From Ignavibacteria bacterium (GTDB lineage: Bacteria; Bacteroidota; Ignavibacteria; Ch128b), in assembly GCA_016873845.1 (NCBI GenBank), contig VGVX01000005.1:2002-66001 (forward strand): a DNA stretch of 64,000 bases, written 5' to 3'. Position 1 is the first letter of the stretch. Each line of letters starts with the position of its first letter. Both the position numbers and the translations under genes were made by a program. Positions 9,681 to 18,865 of the stretch are shown piece by piece. The notes beneath the pieces are model-generated. The model saw only the letters and a program-made list of their open reading frames with translations. It was not told where the DNA came from and made no database searches.

Positions 9681-10580
9681 TTGCAAATCTCAAATTATAA
9701 ATATATTTCAACCAGAGAAGTCGCGGCTATGTTGAACGTAACAGAGACCACAGTCAAGCGTTGGGCAGAAAGGCAATTGATTAATTGTTCAAAAACCATT
9801 GGAGGACATCGCAAGTTTGAACTCAAGGAAGTCCGAGACTTCGCTCAAAAAAACTCAATACCGATTTCTGGTATGACCGCTCCGCCTTTAAGTCAACATC
9901 AAAAAGAGAAACTTGGCTATGCGATCTATTCCAGTAATTTTAAAACTATATCAGAAATATTCTTCGAGGAGGCATTGCAAGGTGATCGTGAAGGACTCCT
10001 TGATTTAATGATCTATCTACACAAGAACCAGATTCAATTTTCAGTTATCGTTGATGAAATCATTCGGCCTGCCATGGTCGAAATTGGAATTAAGTGGGAA
10101 AGAGGAGAATTAGGCGTCAATCAAGAACACACTGCATCAGAATCTGTAAAATTGGCAGTAGCGAGATTTGCAGCTCAAATGTTTAATCAAAAGAAAAAAA
10201 ATCTGAAAGTTATCTGTGCATGTGTTGAAAGCGAACAGCACGACTTAGGAATTCAATTTCTATTTCACGAATTAGTTCGATGCGGGTATGAAGTAACTTA
10301 CATGGGTGCAAATACACCTTTTGAGTCTTTAAAAGATGAGATTGCAAGTTCAAAACCGAATATAGTTTTCCTTTCGGCAACATCACCGAACATTTCACAG
10401 CGGAAAATTAAAAGCGAAATAGAGTCTCTTTCTCGAGAATGCAAAAAACTAAAATCAAGATTAATTCTTGGAGGAATTTATATTGAAAAACTCAATAACA
10501 AAAATTTGATATCTACCGAAACAGCATTTTCGATTACTGAGGCAGTTAAAATCATTAGAAAACAGAAAGGAAAGTTGTAA
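9681..10580 (+). CDS. carH: CarH/LitR-like light-responsive transcription regulator: a MerR-type helix-turn-helix (HTH) domain plus a cobalamin (B12)-binding domain.
   Basis: The N-terminal HTH is STREVAAMLNVTETTVKRWAE. The C-terminal B12-binding Rossmann fold carries the E-x-H-x-x-G motif (ESEQHDLGI). The start codon is uncertain: TTG at 9681, or ATG at 9729. Confidence 0.7.
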   Translation: MQISNYKYISTREVAAMLNVTETTVKRWAERQLINCSKTIGGHRKFELKEVRDFAQKNSIPISGMTAPPLSQHQKEKLGYAIYSSNFKTISEIFFEEALQGDREGLLDLMIYLHKNQIQFSVIVDEIIRPAMVEIGIKWERGELGVNQEHTASESVKLAVARFAAQMFNQKKKNLKVICACVESEQHDLGIQFLFHELVRCGYEVTYMGANTPFESLKDEIASSKPNIVFLSATSPNISQRKIKSEIESLSRECKKLKSRLILGGIYIEKLNNKNLISTETAFSITEAVKIIRKQKGKL

Positions 10581-10691
10581 AGATGAATAGAGCCATTCTG
10601 ACACAATTAGATCAGAATAATGTGCTAATTGAATAACCTATCATACTCTCCTGAATTCAGGGTGGCTCGTTCTCTTTATTTAAGAATAAAA

Positions 10692-12977
10692 ATGAAAAAT
10701 ATAATTAATTACTTGATTGTACTTATTTTATTTACAACAGAGATTTTCTCCTAAAATATTGAAACGGGAATCATTCAGGGAAAAGTTATTGACCGAACAA
10801 CAAAGGGGCCGAATATCGCTGCTAATGTATTAGTAGTTGGAACACTCTTTGGTGCGGCAACTAATTTGGATGGAAAATTTTCCATAAAAAATATTCCAGT
10901 CGGCAGCTATCAGATAAGAGCAAGCGCAATCGGTTATTCCTCGAGAATAAAATCAGATTTGATTGTTAGTACTGCTAAACCATCCGTTGTTGAATTTGAA
11001 TTGCTTGAAACAGTCATCGAAATAGAAGCAATAACTGTAACATCAGATTTATTTCAAACCGCACCGACCGAAGTAAATAGTATTACAAATTTCAGTTATG
11101 AGGAAATTCGGAGGGCACCTGGTGGTTTTGAAGATGTTGTCAGAGCTTTATCAGTATTGCCTGGTGTGGCGATAGCAGATCCTGGACGAAACGATTTAAT
11201 TGTTCGTGGAGGCGCACCATCTGAAAATCTCTTTTTAGTTGATGGAATGGTTGTCCCAAATATAAATCATTTCGGCAGTCAAGGGGCGACAGGCGGACCA
11301 TTGAGCTTTGTAAATTTAGATTTTGTGGAGGAATCCTCTTTTTCAACTGGAGGTTTTTCGGCAATTTATGGAGATAAACTTTCATCGGTATTACAGATTA
11401 AATTACAAGATGGAAGAAGCGACCGCATTGGGGGTAAGGGTACAATTTCTGCAACGCAGTTTGGATTTAATCTTGAAGGACCTCTGTCGAGCAATTCCGA
11501 TTTTATTTTTTCTGTTAGGAGAAGTTATCTTGATTTTATTTTCAAAGCTGCTGGTTTTGGATTTGTTCCAGAATATTATGACGTTCTCTCGAAGTTCAAT
11601 TATATACTCGACAACAATAATTCGTTTTCGTTTCTTTTCATAAGTGCTTTCGATAATGTCAAATTTTTTAATGAGACTGCAGATCAAAGATTCAGTAATT
11701 CACGGGCATTGGGAAGCGCTCAAACCCAATACGTAACAGGTATATCTTATCGGCATCTTTTAAAGAAGGGATTTTTCGATATAAGTCTAAATAGAAATTT
11801 TATTGATTTTAATACTTCACAAAGAGATTCACTATTAAATCCGATTTTCTTAAATGAATCACGAGAAGGAGAAAACACTTTAAAATTAGATTTTGTTTAC
11901 AAGCTTTCACCAATGACAGAAATAAATTTCGGTGCACAAATAAAGCAGATTAAATTCAAAACTGATGTTAAACTTCCTTCGTTCTTAACGACATTCGGTG
12001 ATACTTTGGAAATCTATTCGTTAAAAGCTGAAGAGATGTTCTTCAAATCAAACATTTATGCTCAATACAGCAACATGTTTTTCAATAGGATTAGATTAAA
12101 TCTTGGAATACGTACAGATTATTTCAGTGCGATTGAACAAAAATTCACTTTCGGTCCGTGCCTCTCTTTATCTTATGCATTAACACCAATTTCAAATTTG
12201 AATTTCAGTACTGGAATCTATCACCAAAATCCATCTTACATTTGGCTTGCTGCTGATGAAGTGAATAGGAAGTTAAATCAAATCCAAGTTGAACATTATA
12301 TATTAGGAGTTGACCATAGATTAAGAGACGATATAATAATGAAAGCTGAAGCTTTCTATAAAAATTATTCTAATTACCCTGCAAGTCTGCTTCGAAATTA
12401 TGTTGTTCTTGCAAATACTGGGGCTGGTTTCGCAGGTGCAGAAGATAATTTTTCCTCATTTGGATTAGAAAAACTATCCAGTGGCGGAAAAGGTTTTTCT
12501 CATGGGATAGAATTCTCATTACAGAAAAAATCCTCAGTCATTCCCCATTATGGAATTTTCAGTTTAACGTATGGTGAAACTTACTTCACTGGATTGGAGG
12601 GGATTGAACGCGCTGGAACTTATGATCAGCGTTTGATAATTAATCTTAGTGCAGGCTATATCTTCAACAAAAAATGGGAAGCGAGTGTAAAGTTCCGATA
12701 TGCTTCAGGCAAACCAAAAACTCCATTTAATTCTGATGGTTCACAAACTATCGCCCTATATAATACTGAAAGACTACCAAATACTCATTCTCTTGACATT
12801 CGAATAGACCGAAGATGGAATTTCCACGGTTGGAATCTAATCGCTTACCTTGATGTGCAAAATATTTATAACAGGAAAAATGTTAGTGTGAACCGCTGGA
12901 ATCCACGAACAAAATCCGCAGATGAAGGATCGGCAATTGGAATTTTACCCTCAATTGGTGTGAGCATAGAATTTTGA
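10692..12977 (+). pseudogene. TonB-dependent receptor (CarboxypepD_reg domain, plug, beta-barrel) interrupted by an in-frame TAA at 10752-10754, directly after the signal peptide.
   Basis: ATG at 10692 encodes MKNIINYLIVLILFTTEIFS, then TAA, then in the same frame NIETGIIQGKVIDRTT... (CarboxypepD_reg). The track ORF at 10866..12977 has no signal peptide and starts inside that domain. Confidence 0.7.
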
Positions 12978-13095
12978 ATTATTAAAATATTTCTGTTCAT
13001 GTTCTTCGGTTAAGTTTGCGTTGAGAGAATTGTTTTTTTAACTTTCGCACAAAATAAAAGATCAATTGTCCGAGCAATCTGGAAAACTTATTTTA

Positions 13096-13791
13096 ATGCA
13101 CATACATAACATAAGTTTAAATTTAAAAAGATTCTTTGCATTTATTGTTGATCTTCTTTTGCTTTCCATAATCTTTACTATCATTTACTTAAAATTCATT
13201 TACGACCTTCTAGATCCATTTGAAAATTCGATTTATCCAATCACGATAATCTTGTATATTCTTTTCCTCCAATTTTACTGCATCATATTTGAATATTTTA
13301 CCTGGGGAACTTCACCTGGGAAATATCTTTATAAAATTAGAATTGCTTCAAAAGAATCAAATAAGTTAAGTATCACACGAATATTAATTCGCAATCTATC
13401 CAAAGTGATTTTATTCGTGCCGCCATTATTTTTGATGAATGAAGTCTATCTTTTTATTGCCCTTAAAAAGAAGTTTTCTGATCATCTATCCGATTCTGAA
13501 ATTACTGAAGTTCTGAGAAAACTAAAGGTAAAGTTCAGTGAAAAAGAAAAACAATTGATTGATAGAGAACTGCAACAGCAGTTAAATATATCACTCCAAT
13601 TCGATGAAATAAATTTGTTAAAAAAGTTTTATACTTCATCGAAATATTTAAACGAAGAATTTAAAAAGAATTTTCTTACAAAATTTTTGGATCATTTCTC
13701 AGAAAGAATTATCCTCACCTCAAAAGAAATAAGTGAAATTAATCCACACATTTTATTAACAAACATTCTCTATAAGCTAAAATATGTATAA
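13096..13791 (+). CDS. RDD-family membrane protein.
   Basis: It contains the RFFAFIVD...TWGTSPGKYLYKIRI motif with TM helices. ATG at 13096 is preferred over the TTG at 13066. Confidence 0.5.
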   Translation: MHIHNISLNLKRFFAFIVDLLLLSIIFTIIYLKFIYDLLDPFENSIYPITIILYILFLQFYCIIFEYFTWGTSPGKYLYKIRIASKESNKLSITRILIRNLSKVILFVPPLFLMNEVYLFIALKKKFSDHLSDSEITEVLRKLKVKFSEKEKQLIDRELQQQLNISLQFDEINLLKKFYTSSKYLNEEFKKNFLTKFLDHFSERIILTSKEISEINPHILLTNILYKLKYV

Positions 13792-14842
13792 AAAAATTTT
13801 CGTACCGATTATCTCGTTAATTTCAGTCGTGTTTATTGTCGGCTGCTCAACAACCACAGTGGTTCAAAATATTTATTATGTTAAACCATTCGACTGGCAT
13901 CCGAAAGAAAAACAAGATTCAACAATAAATTCATATTCACAGACTTACATGGGATACACGATATTTATAGATCCAGGTCATGGCGGTACAGATAGAAGAA
14001 ATAAAGGTCCAAAAGGATTGGCAATTGAAGCTGATCTGAATTTGAAAGTTGGACTTTACCTGCGCGATTATCTTCTTCGTGCTGGAGCTAAAGTAATAAT
14101 GTCTCGTGATATTGATACATTCATCTCTCTCGATGATAGATCAAAATTAGCAAATGAATCGATAGCTGACGTTTTTATTTCTATCCATCACAATGCACCA
14201 GGTCGTGCTGGCGATGTATATACGAATTTTACTTCAACGTATTATCATGGTACTGCTAAAGATTATGTCTATGATCCATGCAATCATGATTTAGCAAAAT
14301 ATATTCAGCGTGATCTTGCATATGTCATGGGAAACAGCGGCGGGCTCGGCTCATTCGATGGAACATATTCTGATTACTGGATTTATCCTGGTGCTGGATT
14401 CTCAGTCCTTCGGAAGACTGTAATTCCCAGAGTGCTAGTGGAATGTGCTTTTCATACAAGTGAGTATGAGGAACAGCGGCTTATCGTTGACGAGTTCAAT
14501 CAAATTCAGGCTTGGGGAATTTTTCGCGGACTCGGAAAATACTTGCGACAGGGAGTTATTAAATTGTATACACCAGAAACAATGAATTACATTACATCTG
14601 ATCCGCAAATAAAAATATTCATTGATGATCAAGGAAGAGGAATTGATTCAACATTTTGTTTGGCACAAATAAATAAAGAGCCGGCGTATTCTATTTTTGG
14701 TGATGAGGAGGGTAAAAAAGTGCTTATCATCTCTCCAATGAGAGAGCTTCCTCCAGGTGAACATGAAGTAAACGCAGTTGTAAAAAATCTCAACGGGAAT
14801 CATTCATTCCCATTTAGAAAAAAAATTACAGTTAGTTATTAA
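13784..14842 (+). CDS. N-acetylmuramoyl-L-alanine amidase (Amidase_3, AmiC-like) lipoprotein.
   Basis: It has a lipobox (VGCSTT) and the zinc-binding motifs IFIDPGHGG and ISIHHNA. Confidence 0.8.
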   Translation: MYKKIFVPIISLISVVFIVGCSTTTVVQNIYYVKPFDWHPKEKQDSTINSYSQTYMGYTIFIDPGHGGTDRRNKGPKGLAIEADLNLKVGLYLRDYLLRAGAKVIMSRDIDTFISLDDRSKLANESIADVFISIHHNAPGRAGDVYTNFTSTYYHGTAKDYVYDPCNHDLAKYIQRDLAYVMGNSGGLGSFDGTYSDYWIYPGAGFSVLRKTVIPRVLVECAFHTSEYEEQRLIVDEFNQIQAWGIFRGLGKYLRQGVIKLYTPETMNYITSDPQIKIFIDDQGRGIDSTFCLAQINKEPAYSIFGDEEGKKVLIISPMRELPPGEHEVNAVVKNLNGNHSFPFRKKITVSY

Positions 14843-14876
14843 AAATTATCAATCTAATATTGAAAGGTTTTAATCC

Positions 14877-16502
14877 ATGCTGAACTATGTCTGGATTGCT
14901 TTAATAATTCTTGGCATTGGGGTTGCATTATATTTTGATGTTTCTGATTCATCATCGAACAAATATCGAAATAAAGAATCTATTGAAGTAGAGTTTTATC
15001 CATCACCGCAAAATACTCAAATTCAAAAAGGAACATTGAATGGATCATTAAGAATAGATGAAAAAACATTTTCTGATTTTTACAATGTTGAATGCAAGGA
15101 AAGGATAGAATTAAGTGCAAAGCTTTCAATTGGTGAGGACAATCGAGGATCAATCTACCTAACGATTACTGACGCGGTGCCTGAGATCTGGAAAACAATG
15201 GCAAAAGCTTCTGGTGATAAAAATGATTTAACCGGAAATTTTACTTTTAAAGCTAAAGATGACGGATCAATCAAGTTAAACATAGCTTTTGAAGAAGTAA
15301 GCTTTGTGAAGATGAAAAATGTGACAAACGGAGTTTTGGATATTGTTAACGTAGCAGTGCAAATTGCCTTCGGACTGATTGGAATAATGGCTTTGTGGCT
15401 TGGTGTGATGAAAGTTGCGGAGGAAGCTGGATTAATTCGATTAATTGCTCGTGCAGTTAGACCAATCACTAAATTTTTATTTCCTGAAGTTCCACAAGAA
15501 CATCCAGCAATGGGTTCAATGATAATGAATATATCTGCAAATATGCTCGGATTGAGCAATGCTGCAACTCCATTCGGATTAAAAGCGATGGAAGACTTGA
15601 ACACCTTAAATGAGAATAAAGATACTGCAACTAACGCCATGTGTATGTTTTTAGCAGTCAATACTGCCGGCTTAACTTTAATACCAGCAACTGCGATTGC
15701 AATTCGTGCTGCTTCCGGTTCGAGTGATCCTGCGATCATTATCGGAACTTCTATTTTTGGCGCTTCATGTGCAACTCTTGTCGGTGTAACAGCAGCAAAA
15801 ATATTTGAAAACATTGCAAGTGTGAAACAAGGTTTCGCAAACTGGATAAAAAATCATCTTAAAGCTATAAGCGTATTCTTTGGAATCTTACTGGCAGGTG
15901 TGTTAATTTTTGCAACTGGATTAAGTCTAGCACTTGGATCAATACTGAGCTTCGTAAATCCTGAAACGTTCAAATTAATAATCGGTTATATTTCTATCAC
16001 TGCAATTCCATTTTTAATTTTTTCGTTTCTAACTTTTGGCTTGATAAAAAAAGTTAAAGTCTATGAAAAATTTGTTGAAGGAGCGAAAGAAGGATTCAAT
16101 GTCGCAGTTAGAATAATTCCATACTTAGTTGCAATGCTGGCTGCAATTGGGATATTCCGGTCAGGCGGAGCAATGGACTTTTTAGTCTATGTTCTCACGC
16201 CAGTCACAAATTTTATTGGCATGCCCGCCGAAGCATTGCCAATGGCATTGATGAGACCTCTTTCAGGCAGCGGTTCGCTCGGTATCATGACTGAGATTAT
16301 TAAAGTTCATGGACCGGATTCACTACTTGGAATTTTAGTCTCAACTTTTTTTGGAAGCACCGAAACAACTTTTTATGTCTTAGCAGTTTACTTCGGAGCG
16401 GTAAATATTCAAAAAACTCGTTACGCTTTGCCAGTTGGATTGATGGCAGATGTTGCTGGAATTCTCGGAGCAACATTTATTGTGAATCTTTTATTTAGTT
16501 GA
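14877..16502 (+). CDS. Nucleoside-recognition (Gate) domain membrane protein, a fused SpmA/SpmB-like protein.
   Basis: It is polytopic, and both the SpmA-like half (PITKFLFPEVPQEHPAMGSMIMNISANMLGL) and the SpmB-like half are present. Confidence 0.65.
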   Translation: MLNYVWIALIILGIGVALYFDVSDSSSNKYRNKESIEVEFYPSPQNTQIQKGTLNGSLRIDEKTFSDFYNVECKERIELSAKLSIGEDNRGSIYLTITDAVPEIWKTMAKASGDKNDLTGNFTFKAKDDGSIKLNIAFEEVSFVKMKNVTNGVLDIVNVAVQIAFGLIGIMALWLGVMKVAEEAGLIRLIARAVRPITKFLFPEVPQEHPAMGSMIMNISANMLGLSNAATPFGLKAMEDLNTLNENKDTATNAMCMFLAVNTAGLTLIPATAIAIRAASGSSDPAIIIGTSIFGASCATLVGVTAAKIFENIASVKQGFANWIKNHLKAISVFFGILLAGVLIFATGLSLALGSILSFVNPETFKLIIGYISITAIPFLIFSFLTFGLIKKVKVYEKFVEGAKEGFNVAVRIIPYLVAMLAAIGIFRSGGAMDFLVYVLTPVTNFIGMPAEALPMALMRPLSGSGSLGIMTEIIKVHGPDSLLGILVSTFFGSTETTFYVLAVYFGAVNIQKTRYALPVGLMADVAGILGATFIVNLLFS

Positions 16503-16553
16503 AATTGAATTAAACTAAATTAGTAAATTTAGATTTAAGAATAGTGGTTAACG

Positions 16554-16571
16554 ATCCATCAGCTGACGGAT
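16554..16571. repeat. Imperfect palindrome ATCCATCAG-CTGACGGAT, one member of a recurring palindromic motif.
   Basis: Read directly from the sequence, about 20 nt upstream of the start codon of the four-helix-bundle gene. Confidence 0.5.
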
Positions 16572-16590
16572 GATTTGATAAGGGAGTTAT

Positions 16591-16989
16591 ATGAATAAAC
16601 ATGAGTTAGAGGAACGACTGATAAATTTTGCAGTTTTAATAATTGAGATTGTAAATGAATTACCGCAAACAAAAGCAGCGATACATCTCTCAAATCAACT
16701 GATTCGGTCTGGTACTTCACCCGCACTGAATTATGGGGAAGCACAAAGCGGTGAATCGAGAAAAGACTTTATCCATAAAATTAAAATTGTATTAAAAGAA
16801 TTGCGTGAAACATTTGTTTGCCTGAAAATTATTGACAAAGCAAAGCTCTACCAAGCGTCAGATCATACTTTAATGGAAAAAGAACTAAAACTAAAAAGTA
16901 AAATAGAGCGAGCATTGAAAGAAAGTAATGAATTGATCTCTATTTTTGTGAAAAGTGTTGAAACTGCACAAAGAAACATTGAGAGATAG
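16591..16989 (+). CDS. Four-helix-bundle protein of the 23S rRNA intervening-sequence protein family (TIGR02436-like).
   Basis: It is about 130 aa and helical. The family pattern EL..L..I..G..S.A.NY.EA is present. Confidence 0.7.
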   Translation: MNKHELEERLINFAVLIIEIVNELPQTKAAIHLSNQLIRSGTSPALNYGEAQSGESRKDFIHKIKIVLKELRETFVCLKIIDKAKLYQASDHTLMEKELKLKSKIERALKESNELISIFVKSVETAQRNIER

Positions 16990-17095
16990 CATTAAAAAAA
17001 ATCAAAATTCATCAATCGTTAATCTGAAATCTATATTCAAAAAATATTTTAATCATGAATATGCATTATCTGTTCAATTCAATTGAGACTAAATA

Positions 17096-18058
17096 TTGAA
17101 AAAGGTTTTCATCAATGCAATCATTCCAAAAATTGGGATAGATATTCTTAAAAAAAATAAAATCCGGGTAATTCGGAATAATTCTTACCTTCCGATTGCT
17201 AAATCTGAATTGATCAAGAAAGCGAAAGATTGCGATGCAATTATTTCTCTCTTGATAAATAAAATCGATTCGTCAATAATCGATAAAATTCCGAATCTGA
17301 AAATAATTTCAAACTATGCTGCAGGGTATAACAACATTGATATCAGGCATGCGAGCAGTAAAGGAATATGGGTTACAAATACTCCAGATGTTCTAACCAA
17401 TGCAACGGCGGATGTAGCTTTTGGATTAATGATTGCCTGTGCGAGAAGATTTCGTGAAGCTGATATATTTACGCGAAAAGGGAAATTTAAAATTTGGCAA
17501 TCGGATTTAATGCTTGGTAAAGAACTTTATAGAAAAAATCTTGGAATTATTGGAACCGGTAGAATTGGTAAAGCAGTTGCCAAGCGTGCGTATGGATTTG
17601 GAATGAATATATTTTACAATAATCTTGAGAGAAATTTACCGCTTGAAATTGAATTGAAAGCGAAATCTCTTCCGCTTAATAAATTGCTGAGTACATGCGA
17701 TTTTATCTCAATTCATACTCCGCTTACACCAAAGACGTACCATTTAATAGATAAAAAGAATTTTGATAGAATGAAAAATGGTGTAGTATTGATTAATACT
17801 TCTCGAGGTGAAGTTATTGATGAAAAAGCTTTGGTTCAAGCTTTGAAGTCAGGAAAGCTATTTTCAGCAGGCTTAGACGTTTATGAATTTGAGCCAAAGA
17901 TCACAAAAGAGCTTTTAAAATTTGAGAGTGTAATTCTCCTGCCGCACATTGGAAGTGCAACCGAAGAAGCACGAAACAAAATGGCTGAAATCGCCGCACA
18001 AAATGTTGTGAATGTGCTTAGTGGGAAAAAGCCAATAACACCGGTAAATAATTTATAA
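17096..18058 (+). CDS. D-isomer-specific 2-hydroxyacid dehydrogenase (glyoxylate/hydroxypyruvate reductase-like).
   Basis: NAD-binding motif is GIIGTGRIGKAV and the catalytic His lies in LLPHIGSAT. The start codon is TTG. Confidence 0.8.
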   Translation: MKKVFINAIIPKIGIDILKKNKIRVIRNNSYLPIAKSELIKKAKDCDAIISLLINKIDSSIIDKIPNLKIISNYAAGYNNIDIRHASSKGIWVTNTPDVLTNATADVAFGLMIACARRFREADIFTRKGKFKIWQSDLMLGKELYRKNLGIIGTGRIGKAVAKRAYGFGMNIFYNNLERNLPLEIELKAKSLPLNKLLSTCDFISIHTPLTPKTYHLIDKKNFDRMKNGVVLINTSRGEVIDEKALVQALKSGKLFSAGLDVYEFEPKITKELLKFESVILLPHIGSATEEARNKMAEIAAQNVVNVLSGKKPITPVNNL

Positions 18059-18112
18059 TGTTTTGTTTTAGAAATTCTCTGGGATCTCAATGGTTCATTT
18101 AACTGCGTGGAT

Positions 18113-18865
18113 TTATATTTCGGAGTTAATAAAATCCGCCAACAATTCCGCTTGCTTTAGAACTGTATCAATTGCTTTTTGTTGCTTATCGGGAGGATAT
18201 CCATATTTTGTAAGAGTACGTTTAACAAGTACCATCAGTTTTGCTCTAGCACTCTCACGAATAGTCCAATCAATCGTTGTGTTCTTTTTAACCTTATCAG
18301 CAATTTCTCTTGCAATAGTTTTTAATGTTTCATCTCCCAAAACTTTTACCGCACTGTCATTCGTTTCAAGCGCATTGTAAAATGCAACTTCTTCAGTTGA
18401 TAAACCAAGCTTCTCACCTTCTTTGTCAGATTCTTTTACTTCCTTGGCAATCCGTATAAGCTCCTCAATTATCTGCGCTGTAGTTAACAAATTATTTTGA
18501 TATTTCTTTATTGCTGATTCAAGCATTTCTAAGAAAGCTTTGCTCTTTACAAGGTTTGTTCTTAACCGTGATTTGATTTCATCGTTCAGTATCTTCTTCA
18601 ATAGTTCAATCGCAAGATTTTTATGGTTCATCCCTTGAACTTCCAACAGAAACTCATCAGATAAAATTGAAAGCTCCGGCTTTTCAATTCCGGCAGCTTC
18701 AAAAATATCAATGACTTTATCTGAAGTAATCGCTTGATCAACTATTTGTTTGATAGCAGTTTCAAAGCCCTCACCCCCGCTTTCCTGTCCGAAAATAGAA
18801 ATACGATCTTTAGGATTAAGAGCGAGTTTCTGTCGGGGCTGTCTCAAAAGGTTCTCTCGATACAT
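18113..18865 (-). pseudogene. hsdR: Type I restriction enzyme HsdR, C-terminal domain fragment only (DUF3387-like). It is preceded by an 8-aa HsdM-like remnant, ISIFGQES.
   Basis: The segment ...VLVKRTLTKYGYPPDKQQKAIDTVLKQAELL is the conserved C-terminus of HsdR. The helicase/nuclease N-terminal 700 or more residues are missing. Confidence 0.75.

Noticed and set aside
10581-10691. A cobalamin riboswitch upstream of the TonB-dependent receptor, given the neighbouring B12-dependent regulator.
   Set aside because: No B12-box-like sequence (GCCACTG-type core) is present. The region contains only a 12-bp perfect palindrome, CCTGAATTCAGG at 10650..10661, whose function cannot be assigned.
15155-15814. 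A 219-aa minus-strand ORF rich in Ala/Ile/Pro, antisense to the SpmA/SpmB-like gene.
   Set aside because: It is a shadow ORF entirely inside a well-supported membrane-protein gene on the opposite strand. It has no domain signal, and its composition is an artefact of the reverse complement.
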